The position numbers and the translations under genes were made by a program. From Eledone cirrhosa (Eukaryota): a stretch of 64,000 bases of DNA. Of this stretch, positions 12,461-23,900 are shown piece by piece. The stretch is taken from assembly GCA_964016885.1 (NCBI GenBank), contig OZ024753.1:9052001-9116000 (forward strand), read 5' to 3'. The notes under the pieces are model-generated. The model made no database searches, was not told the origin of the DNA, and was given only the letters and a program-made list of their open reading frames with translations. Numbering within the stretch: position 1 is the first letter of the stretch; each line of letters starts with the position of its first letter.

Positions 12461-13721
12461 TTACAAACAACTTTAGATTTCTCTTAATGGTTGTTAAAAT
12501 AAAGTCCATTAAAAAAAGGGCGGTAACTCAGGTTGTTTTGATTTGTTTCTTTAGAATTTGTACACGTTGTTTTCCTCGATCGTAAAAATGATAGAAAGAT
12601 AAATTACGACTGAAAAGTTGGGGTAAATAAATCAAAAATTTCACTTAGGTGACTTAGGGGAACCATTCAGAAAGCTTCGCGGGCCGCAGGTTGCCCATGA
12701 CTGCTCTAGAGTTTATTTATCTTTTCACAAAGTCAGAACAATTGGAGATGGTTGCTTCTGACAGGACCCGCTGGAAGGAGTATTTGGGGACTCTGCTCCC
12801 ACGACCTTCTCAGGAATAAGGGGGCAAAAAAGAAGCAGCAGAAGAAGACACTTTTATGGATTGATAAGATAAGTACCAGTGCTCTTGTTGTTGTTGTTTA
12901 ACCTCGAGTCAACCCTGACTAAGCAGACCTATCATTAGAGATATTCCATTTGTGATCATCCTATTTTTGTAAAATTAAATTTTCTTTTCTACATGCACAA
13001 TTACCAAAATCTGCATTATTTAATTGTACCCCTTCTTATGTTAGGATGATAGGCTGTAATTTGAAGGAGACTTGCCTGCTATTTCTAGCAGACCAAGTAA
13101 CCCTGTAGAGGTCTTGGTGGTTAGCTCAAACAAGTGCTAGTAATATACTGAAGTCAATTCAGTTAACTACATCCATTTCCTCTAACACAAATTAGTCTTG
13201 TGTTATATCAAAAGAAATCGATAGTTTGTCTTTATGCTTCTGCCTTGTTACATTATTAAGCAGCTGTACTGAATGTAATTAAAATTGTCTGCTATATTGC
13301 AGTAGACATTAACTAAATATCTCCTCACAGTTTCTACATTGTTGAACCCAGTAATGATCCAGTCATTCACTGTAGTGTCACTTCCTTTGTGATAGGCTTG
13401 TTAAATCCTTCTCTTCTTGCTCCCTTAACACTGTTTTTAACAATAATTGTTAATAACAATAATTGGCAAGGGAGAGAGAGTCAAGTTGAGTTTCATGGTG
13501 CCTTCATGGCTTTGCTTGACCAAGTGGATTAAATATTATATTAGGAAACGCTTCATTGAATTTATTGGCAGTTTAAATCATGCAGAAAATCACATATTAC
13601 TGAGTTAATAAGAAAGGCTAGAAGTTCATGTCCTGTTTCTTACAACATTGCATTGTATTCGTGACTAGCACACATCCCTTATAATAAACTGCATGTAGAG
13701 GTTCTGGAATAGTATTGACAT

Positions 13722-14117
13722 TATCATCATTTTACATTCGCTTTTCCCTGCCTGCAAGGGTGGAACGGGTCCTTTTCAGCATAGCCATTCGTCACGGTCC
13801 TTCGTCATCTCCTCTGTAAGCTTCAGCGATCTGAGGTCAGCTCTCACCACCTCCGCCCATGTTTTTCGTGGTCTTCCTCTACTGTATCTTCCTTCCACTG
13901 GGATTTCTTGGCACTTCTTCACCCAGCGGTCATATTCCATGCACATCACATGTCCATACCACCGCAGTCTTCTCTCCTGCACACTACAGCATATCCCTCT
14001 TATACACAGGTTCTCTCTCAACTTGTCTATGCTTGGTCGATCACGCACATTGACATTGCACATCCAACTGAGCATGCTTGCTTCATTTCTCTCCAGCTGT
14101 TGCATATCCTCTGCAGT
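13722..14117 (-). mobile_element. RTE LINE 3' fragment
   Basis: ERNEASML...RRLRWYGHV...RGRPRKTW, same family as 48500-50025. Confidence 0.9.
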
Positions 14118-14144
14118 ATATATATATATATATATATATATATA

Positions 14145-14295
14145 CTGTATTTCCCGTCGTCGAAGATGCTACTTTTTTCTTAAGGTAAGTCTTAAAAATC
14201 TGCCGTGTGTCCAGGAGGCCGAAGGTTGTTTATTATTTTTTTTCAAATTTTTGGTTGTCCAAATTAGGGTGGGTCCTCAAGGACGGGAAATATGG
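14145..14295. mobile_element. Tc1/mariner (pogo/Tigger-like) MITE
   Basis: TA|CTGTATTTCCCGTC...GACGGGAAATATGG|TA. Confidence 0.75.
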
Positions 14296-15631
14296 TATAT
14301 ATAGTTCATTGCTATCAGTAGTAGCAGCCCTATAAAATCAGTTACTACTATATCAAAGTCTAACTCCTCCCATGAGAAAATAGGAGGAAATAGTATCAAA
14401 GTGTACTGGAAGGTAGAGGTTCTCAAAGTGGGTGCTACCACCCCCCAGGGGTCATTGAGAAGGTCCAGTAGGACACTGGGCCTAAGAGGGCAGTGGGCGA
14501 CAGTAGAGATGATATGATAATATATTAAATATCAAAAGATATAATATATATAAGTATAGTAAAAATTTAAAAAATATTTATTTATACATAGTATTGTCTC
14601 AGAACGGGACAACTTGTCTAACCCATGCTAACGTGGAAAGTGGACATTAAACAGTGGTGATGAGTTAGACATGTTTGTCTCATTTAGAGGCAAGTTGGGT
14701 TGGGTGACCATGTCTCACTCATATATATATAAGCAGGATCGAAGTCAATTGCAGCATATATATAAACTTTATCGGCATATTGCAATCACATCAATATCGA
14801 TCATCTCAGGGTACAATTATAATGACCGGGGCCCGGCTCTGCCTCAATATCTCATCAGATATGTGAGTTTATGTGAGCAAAAACACATTCACACTGCCTG
14901 TAGCTTTAATTACAGACTTATCTAACATATAATTGTGTACATATCCTCAGCAAGACTGAAGACTCATCTCTACTCTAAGTTGTCTTTGTTCATTTGCTAA
15001 ACACTTCAAAAAGTTTTGAGTGTGCACAAAAAGCTAAATCAATCCGAAACTATTTGAACTCAAAACATTAAGATAAAACTAAATACCACTAATCTTTTAA
15101 TCTAGTATTTTATTGCTTCTGTCTATCAAGCATCTTAAAGGGATATCCATAATATAGATGAGGTTAAACAAGTGCCACTACACTCGACAGTTTCTCAAAA
15201 GATCCAAGTTACACCGAAAGATTGCTAAGTATTGAAATTACTCTCTTCCATGGCATGAAATTAGATGGAATAGGAAAAACCATAAAATTATATTGCTGAA
15301 CTGGTAACATGGTTTTGTAAGTTATTGGCAAAAGCTTAACACTGTTAACTTGCTCAAAGAAACCAATTTTGTGATTTTTCTATTTCCATACATTCAGCTG
15401 AAAATTATAGAAAAAGAAAAAGAGAGAAGAAAGAAAAAGAAAAGATGTACTTATTGCCTTTAATAGTAAGTTTCTTACAACTGTTTCTGAGAGGTTTTAC
15501 ACTATTAAGGAAAATAGATGTAATAATTTTGAAGTAGAAAAAAAAAAAGAAAATTTTTTCACACAAAGTAATTCATAAATTATATATATTACATTTTATA
15601 GTTGAAGCTAGCCTAAGCTTCACTCACCTAC

Positions 15632-15801
15632 CTCTTACTCATAATTGATGTGTCCTTTTCTGTCTTTCCTGCCGTTACTGCAATAGTCTCTTCTGAAATA
15701 GCTGATTGTATGCCTTCTTCTCTATCTAGACCCACTAAATTCATTGCTTCTTCTCTTCCCACCATTTCATTACATCTCCTATCTTCTCTGCCCACAAGAA
15801 C
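15632..15801 (-). CDS. Candidate internal exon of an unidentified host gene (VLVGREDRRCNEMVGREEAMNLVGLDREEGIQSAISEETIAVTAGKTEKDTSIMSK)
   Basis: Unique purine-rich sequence on the minus strand with tatag| acceptor, AG|gtaggtgagt donor and one open frame; no recognised homology. Confidence 0.45.
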
Positions 15802-16621
15802 CTATACAATTTAAGGAAATATTTACATGGTCATTCGAGCTGCTAAAAATAGCAACCAACTCACGCTCAAGTCACATTCAACAGTATTAAAGAAAGAGAA
15901 AGACACAGTAGATGATTTTTAAAAAATCTATCAACAAGATCCGACTTCATTTCCTTAGTGAGTGGATAGAACTCATCAAATCAGACCATGGAAATAATGT
16001 TTCCATTGATCTCTCCATTGCTAATACTATCTACCGATTGCAACTCCTGGCAGGAAGAGCATAACGCATCACTCAGTCCGGGAATTGAACTCACAACCTC
16101 ATGATTGTGAATCCAATTCTCTAACCACTTAGCCACATATGTATATATATATATATATATATGAATATATCATATATATTTATGGAAAGTAAGATCAAAA
16201 TAATTGTGATATCTTCTGTGCCTTTTGCATTGTATCAATCCCCATTATATATTTTCTGTTAAAATCTTGTGGATAGTGCTTCGGGAAACCTCAGGAACCA
16301 AAATGCAGAGAGCATCCAGAATGATCCGCCGATCTTTACACGTTTTCCTCAGAAGGAGACCTTACTTTTGGGATTGCCCTCTATAGAATAACTGCGCGAA
16401 ATTCGCACTTGGCGGTAGCATTCAACGGGAGCTCCATTCAGAACGGCTGCCAAGCCAAAATTGAGCATCCCAGCAAAGCGCGCGCATGCTTGTTGGGGAG
16501 TGAAGGAAGCACCAATAACAACAGTGTTGCCAACAGCCATACCAACAGTTTCTCTGCGTCCCCATCTCTTTGGAGACCTTAATTTTGGGATTATCCTCGT
16601 ATATGTACATATATATATATA

Positions 16622-16656
<35 letters not shown>

Positions 16657-17230
16657 AAGGAGAACAGTGAGTTAGTGTTAAAGTAAAGGAAAATAAAAAG
16701 AATGAATGTGTATTTTCCAAAAAACCCACACACAGATAAAATATGAAAGAATAAAGGAAAACAGCAAACATAACGTAACTTATTGATAGCCAATAAAAAC
16801 TGTCTATCAAGTGACTTCTTTAACAGATAGTAATGTAGAATATCATTAATAACCAGGATGTTATCACAGCATTATAATAAAGCATAAATGAATATATAGA
16901 AGTTATTAAAAAAAGGCACCAACGCTACATAGTTTTGAATAAATGTATATATTATACGAACTGTGGTTAAGGAGATTGTGTTTTAGCGATATAATTTTAG
17001 GTTTAATCCCACTGTGTAGCATCTTGGGCAAGTGTCTTCTACATGTTGACCAATGGTTTGTGTGTGAAATTTGGTTGATTGAAACAGCAGAAGCCCCTTA
17101 TATCATCGTCATCATCATCATCATACATATGCCGCTTTTCCCTGCTTGCAAGGGTGAGACGGGTCCTATTCAGTACTGCATCTCTCCATTCGTCATCGCC
17201 TCCATGTATATGTGTATATATATATATATA

Positions 17231-17313
17231 TAGGAAAATAGTCAGGACCCCGACAGCTGAGCTCTGGCTGTTGAAACAGAGCTCAGCCGTCGGGGTCCTG
17301 AACTCTTTTCCTA
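17231..17313. repeat. Long GC-rich hairpin, tiny MITE-like element
   Basis: TAGGAAAA-AGTCAGGACCCCGACAGCTGAGCTCTG pairs with CAGAGCTCAGCCGTCGGGGTCCTGAACT-TTTTCCTA. Confidence 0.85.
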
Positions 17314-17486
17314 TTACTCGCTCTAGTACGCTAACTATGGAGTACTCTGGTGCGTTATGATCCACCTGGTATCTTACCACACCTTTGTTATGTATGTATG
17401 TAAAAGGTAAACAGAAATAACAAGACAATCGATACAGCATATGGAAGGAACATATTAGGTTAACGCTTGAAGTAGCAGGAAGAGGG

Positions 17487-17523
17487 TCTTAACGTTTCGG
17501 ACGCTGGTCTTTCATCAGAAGAA
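17487..17523 (-). ncRNA. Minimal type-I hammerhead ribozyme motif (Penelope-like)
   Basis: Minus strand: tctt-CTGATGA-aa-gac-cagc-gtc-c-GAAAC-GTT-aaga. Confidence 0.7.
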
Positions 17524-17679
17524 AGAATGATAAATAAGATAGATTGACGGGACGGGCGGGGTAGAATTTAAAAAAATATCTTTAGATAAAAATAACAGGT
17601 CCATTCATGTTGACATCTCTTATATATATTTATATGTATTGGAATTTTGTATTTCTAAAGAAATATGGTGTGTTTCATC

Positions 17680-18012
17680 ATTTCATCATTTCATTTTGCG
17701 TCCACTTTTCCCTGCTTGCAAGGGTGGGACGGGAACTGATTCTGGCTTGATTTCTACAGCTGGATGCCCTTCCTAACACCAACCTCATTTACAGTGAGTG
17801 CTGGGTGCTTTTTTGCCGTGGCACCTCCACGACCACTTTGCAGTGGAATGATATGGACCCCAGTCCCTATCATCTCATTTCTACAGCTGAGTAAACTGGA
17901 GCAATGTGTGAAATAAAGTGTCTTGCTCAAGGAAACAACACATCACCCGGTCTGAGAATTGAACTCACAATCTTTCGATTGCAAGGCCTATGCTCTAACC
18001 ACTAAGCCATGT
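17680..18012 (-). mobile_element. CORE-like SINE with RTE tail
   Basis: Reverse complement of the 5921-6258 family. Confidence 0.9.
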
Positions 18013-18589
18013 TTATAGATGAATATTAAGAAGGACGTAGTTATGCAAAAACACCGGAGGCTATTACCCCCAGGTGGTGTCCAGCAGAAGCAAGAGGGAC
18101 GATCGTCGATGCATTTCAAACTTAACTGGTTCTCACCAGGACGATCCCTCCCACTGCTCTGCGACTGCTGGACTTGAAGACAGGTGAGAATATATAGTTT
18201 TCTCGTCTGTGTAAATGAGGTGATTAATCTCATTTGCATATGAAGCTGCATAAGTTGGCTCAACTTAGAATAGAATAGAATTAGTATTTAGCTTTGAGCT
18301 TAGCTGTATACAGATATGTATTAGAATGCCATATTTCTAAAGAAATACAGTATGTTTATAGATAAACATACCAGTGTTTTTTGCATAGCTACGGCTTTCC
18401 AATTGTTTATATATATATATATACCTATACATGACAACCACCCTAGTGTTGGTACCAGTTAGTAAAGTCAGTAAAGTGGTTTTTGTAAGGGCATCCCTCC
18501 AAATATGGGGTCAGTAGGACTCTCCTGCTATATCAAAGACATGACAACCTCATTAGTGCTGGTGTCTTGATAAAAATGAACTCAGTAAT

Positions 18590-19480
18590 AGTGTTGTAGT
18601 ATGGCCTGGCTGTTTAGATAGTGCTCTAGCATGGCCTGGCTTGTTAGATGGTGCTGTAGTATGTCCTGGCTTCTTACATGGTGTTGTAGCATAGCCAGGC
18701 TTCTTAGATGGTGCTGTAGCATGGCCAGGTTTGTTAGAATATGCTGCAGCATGGCCAGGCTTCTCAGGTGGTGCCCTAGCATGACCTGGCTTGTTAGATG
18801 GTGCTGTAGCATGGCCTGGCTTGTTAGATGGTGCTGTAGCATGGCCAGGCTGATTAGATTGTGCTGCAGCATGGCCAGGCTTCTCAGGTGGTGCCCTAGC
18901 ATGGCCAGGCTTGTTAGATGGTGCTGTAGCATGGCCAGGCTGTTTAGATGGTGCTGCAGCATGGCTAGGTTTGTTAGAATATGCTGCAGCATGGCCAGGC
19001 TTCTCAGGTGGTGCCCTAGCATGGCCTGGCTTGTTAGATGGTGCTGTAGCATGGCCAGGCTTTTCAGGTGGTACCCTAGCATGGCCAGGCTTTTCAGGTG
19101 GTGCCCTAGCATGGCCAGGCTTGTTAGATGGTGCTGTAGCATGGCCAGGCTGTTTAGATGATGCTGCAGCATGGCCAGGTTTGTTAGAATATGCTGCAGC
19201 ATGGCCAGGCTTCTCAGGTCGTGCCCTAGCATGGCCTGGCTTGTTAGATGGTGCTGTTGTACGGCCTGGTTTGTTAGATTGTGCTGTAGCATGGCCTGGT
19301 TTGTTAGAATATGTTGTAGCATGGCCTGGTTTGTTAGAATATGTTGTAGCATGGCCAGGTTTGTTAGATGGTGTTGTAGTATGGCCTGGCTTCTTACATG
19401 GTGTTGTAACCTGGCCTGGCTTGTTAGATGGTGCTTTGGCATGGCCAGGCTCTTTAGATGGAGCCCTGTGGAACGGCCAG
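18590..19480. repeat. 30 bp minisatellite (ATGGCCAGGCTTGTTAGATGGTGCTGTAGC), ~29 units
   Basis: Exact 30 bp register; 2-3-unit versions occur at ~24760, 33575, 35245, 40270 and 43360. Confidence 0.97.
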
Positions 19481-20206
19481 GATACTTGGAACAATCATTT
19501 CTAAATTTCGCGCATGCGCATTCAACTCCATCCAAACCAAGAAGAACAAAACAAATGGCCGTCAGTTTGGAGAATTTTTCAAGCTCTACAAAACTCTTGT
19601 TAAATGGTTTCAAAAGAGACAGTTGCAGTTTTCTGAAAGGTAACGTAAATGTTTATATTATGTTAAGATATTTTGGTAAATCTTTCCTTCATAATCAACC
19701 ATTTTAACGAAAGTCTTTCTCTACTTACGGTATTTCTAATGAAATACACAGACCACGTGTTCCAATTCATGTTGAAAATGAAAAAAATAAAATGTAGGGA
19801 TTTAATAATAAAATTCAACGCGTTTCTTTTTATTTTGCAAAAAATGTATCTAGTGTATTTTTTAAAAACTCTTCCTAGTTTTCCCTGTAACAGCTCAGTT
19901 GTCTTTAGCAAATATTTTCGATGTATTTAAATGTTTCTTTCAAGATTGAGATGAAAGACTGCAAATTGTCCATTCGATACTTCAGCAATGTTAAACATTT
20001 TCTGAAACTTGCAAATTAATTTTGTATTCTGGAGCAGATTCTACGGGGGGTCTCCTATGAGGTTATCTGGTGTTTTAAAGATAGGGGCCACAGCCCAATT
20101 ACCTGATCCCGCTCACATATTCCTGAGAGGGTCGTAAAAGCAGATTCCTCAACAACTTATCCCAGCGCGTCCAAGAGTTGTTTTAGACCCTGATAAAATG
20201 TGTGCC

Positions 20207-20243
<37 letters not shown>

Positions 20244-20874
20244 CGGTCTTAGATAATTGTTGCTAAATATTATCTAAAAATGTTGTAAATTAATTTCAGT
20301 TTTTAAAGCACTTTAACCCTCGATATGTTCGTTCTACGGGGGTGCTTCACATATGACGTTTGTCTGGTGTTTTAACAAAAGGGCCCGGCACATACACTAA
20401 CATCTCTCTCTATATATATATATATAAACTGGTTTTAAATAACCCGCTGGGTCAGGCCATTATAATGTGGAATCTTCGTTTATGTTGATGTATTATGGGT
20501 AAACTGTTTTTAGTTCCCTTCATAATATCGTCATTAGGGGTAGGTGGGTTCGATTCCTGGACTGGGTTGGGTGTTGTGTTTATTTTATTTCACGTTGCTC
20601 CAGTATACTCAGCTGTAGCTGGGTGGTTAACTCTGCGATGGACTGGCGCCCTGTCCAGCGCGTAGTCTTGTATTCTTAGATGTTTCACGCCATGGAATCC
20701 GGGGTACGCACCGGCGTGATGAGCCTCCGACCTTGGGACAGACTTTAGATATCATCAACCATTTGAACAGCCTTTTTTCTTGGACTCCAACCCTCGTGGT
20801 ACCCTATTTCTAACGGAATACACAGCCCATGCACCGCGATTAATATTGGAAAATAATGAAACTTTTGAAGGAAT

Positions 20875-21195
20875 TTAATAATTGTTTCTACTTTAGGCAC
20901 AAGGCCAGCAATTACCCAGTACATTACTGGTACTTTATTTTATCGACCCCCGTAAGGATGAAAGGCAAAGTCAACGGAATTTAATAATGATTTCTAGCAT
21001 TGGCACATGGCCAACAATTTAGGGTGAGGGGGAAGTCGACCCAGTACATTACTGGTGCTTTATTTACCGATGCCGTGAGGATGGAAGGCAAAGCTAACCT
21101 CGGTAGAATTTGAACTCAGAACGTAAATGGCCGTCACTCTGTGCCATAAAGCATATTGTCCGACGCTCTATCGATACTGCCAATTCACAGCCGTG
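20875..21195 (-). mobile_element. Two Nin/Deu-like SINE copies (one partial)
   Basis: Reverse complement of the family core and tail. Confidence 0.8.
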
Positions 21196-21689
21196 AAGGA
21201 ATTTAATAAAACCACCTTGGCTATCGTTTAACTTGTTGCGTGTAGGTCACTTAATCTGGATAAACATCACCTTTGTTCTTGCACGGCTATCGGAGCGGAG
21301 TTAGCTACGAGTGAGCCCTGCGAGATGCATTAGCTGTTTCAGTGTGTCACCCTTGCCATCCTCCCTAGCTCCGGAACCACGATTATATTTACTTAAGCAC
21401 TATTGTTGTATTATTAAAAAATGAAAAACCTGTGTGTTTGTTTTTTATTCACAAAATTAATGTTGAAAATAAACAATAAAATGTTGTGATTTAATAATAA
21501 AATTCAGCTTGTCTTCAGCAAATCTTTCGATTGGTTTAAATGTTTCTTTCAGGATTGAGATCAAAGACCGTAAATTTATGTTACAATTGTTTCATAAAGC
21601 CTACAGTTTGACAAATGTGTCCGAACACGGAAGAACCGAACTCCCACTGCCATCGCCTCCATCTCTCTGTATGGTGAGCAAATGGGGTC

Positions 21690-23900
21690 CTACGTGCTGA
21701 CCGCCCCACAGCTCCGGTGGACAGAATGGAGAAGGAGTTTTCCCGGAAGATGGTAAGGGAGATGCGCTGGAAGAGCCAATCCACCCTGCGAGGTTCACAC
21801 CTGCGGCTGGCCAGCTGACACCTGTGTCTAGTCAGCTCACACCTGCGGCTAGCCATCTCAGCGCCTATGGTGGTAAGTAGGGAGGTAGCTCTAGAGCCAA
21901 GGACACCAGAAGTCTCCATTGCTAAGGGCACGACTGCAAATCTGTCGGATAGCGACCGATACTTGAAGCGTTTGCCCTCATCAGCCCGAAGTATAGCAGA
22001 ACCTGGGTTAGTCACAGACTGTACCAGGAGAAAGTGACGCTGCAAGTGGCATCACAGACGAGGGGTTTGCCAAACAGAACGGGAAGATGGTCATACCATC
22101 TGGCCTTTTGCCGTACCCTCGGTCTAGCCCCACCGGCTCCAGCTGGGAGGGGAAGCCTACAGCACCAAAGCCATGATTTGTGACCTCTTTGAGGGTGGAA
22201 GGCGGACAGGAAAGCGGGTGGCGGCCGAAAGAGTCCACAGCGACATTTGTGTGGCTCACAGATCCGGAGGCCAAGCCTCAGGGAAACTCCGATATGCAGG
22301 CTATCGTTGTCAGTGGAGGAGGGTAAGGCATGGAGCCAGGTACCACTGTGGGGTTGTGAGGCCGCGCGAAAACTGCAAGATGACGCGTTAGAGATTTAAT
22401 GGCATCCCAAATATACTGAGATGCCATCCCAAATACTCTGGGGGAACATGACGTCAGCAGGGGGAGGAGGGACGTCTACTGGGCCAAGTCCAAGCTGGTT
22501 CCACGACTCACAGGCGACCTCACGTTCCTCGATCACAGAGGATTCCATTGTGTTTAGGAGAACCCTGTTGACGAGGACGTGGCATGAGATTACGGGCAAA
22601 GCCACCATATCTAAGAGGTAAGTTGACCTGTTGCCATCCAATGTTGTCAAACTTGACGTTGCATATCTCCTCGGCTGCCGCTTGGATACAAGTATCGAGG
22701 TCAGCGAGGAGAGATGCATGGCTGTAGCACTGCGAAGGGTATAGAGGAGCTTCGGCATGGCGAAGCAGTTCCTCAACAGGTAGAGGGCTGGGTGGGCGTC
22801 GATTATGCCCAGTCTGCACGTGAGGGTCTTTAGTTGCTGGAGCGGGTGGATTGGTGACCCAAAGATGAGGACATCTCCTTTGGGGGGGTCACCTGTACCG
22901 AGATGGAGGCTGCAAAGATCTCAGCAACATAGTTGACAGTCACCACCTCCGACTTGGAAGAGTTGACCTGGAGGCCGATTCCCGCCAGAGGAGGAACCAC
23001 TGATTGTAGGTGACAATCAGTCTCCACGGGCTCACCTAACGTAACATCATCCAGGTACCAAACGTTGAGAGGGGCCGTCATACTCTGGGCAATGTGGTCT
23101 ATTCCAAAAGCAAATAGGCGGAGGTCCCAAAGGGTCACCCTGTTGGACCCCATTATTTGAAGGTATGACCATAGCAGCAGCAAGGAACATGCTCGGGGCT
23201 CCATATGACAGGTAGGCAGAGGGGGCTCGGCTGAGGCAGGCATCAAGCAGGTAGTCACTGCGTATGGAGTCGAAGGCATTCCTCATGTCAAGCTTGACAA
23301 TGAGGTGCCTGGATGCCGGTTCCGGTCGGCAGCTGTGGAAGAACTGTGCGGCCACCGGACACGCCGACATCCAGTTGCACCGGACTCAGCTCCTCGCCCA
23401 GTTCAGGTGTGATGGACCTGCAGACCACCTTAGCAGCTAGCCTCCAGAAGACATTGCCCACAGCGAATGCCACTCACTTTCTTCCTGAGAGCAGTCAGAC
23501 TAGCTGAAAAAAGAAAGGCATCATGCGTGAGGGTCCAGGGCGCCATGGATGAGCCTATTTGTGAGTGCCACAATTGCACATAGAAGGCGGCGCCCGGCCT
23601 CAGTGGAGAGGGGAGATAACAACTCCTTGAGGTGGCCAGGTCAGAGACCATCAGCACCTGCGTTGCTGTTGGCTGGGAAGGTCTTGATGGGAAACATGAT
23701 GTCTACGCCGGAAGCCACTAGGAGCAAGTGAGGATCAGATAGGTCTAAGGTCGGCGGGCGGCTCAGGGTGCTTAAGCCGTAGGGTAGCCAGCACCTCCTC
23801 GGTGGGTTGGAGGACAATGTCCTCCGGGGCAACCACCCTGACTGCAGCCGAGATATCACCCATGATTAGTTTGGCGTAAAAGCTTTGCGCTGGCCTCAGC
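21690..23900 (-). pseudogene. Decayed CRE-clade non-LTR retrotransposon (RT plus restriction-like endonuclease), copy 1
   Basis: Frameshifted motifs AVGNVFWRLAAK, LIVKLDMRNAF, GVQQGDPLGP, WYLDD, LRNCFAMPKLLYTLR, LPLRYGG, KRPDG, PLAMETSG, WLFQRIS. Confidence 0.9.

Noticed and set aside
16270-16600. GC-richer unique segment with an open minus-strand frame
   Set aside because: No recognisable motif or splice sites; possibly an old transposon fragment
18553-19707. Repetitive protein gene (PGHATAPSNK repeats)
   Set aside because: Multiple frames open on both strands; the unit also occurs as short non-coding copies elsewhere
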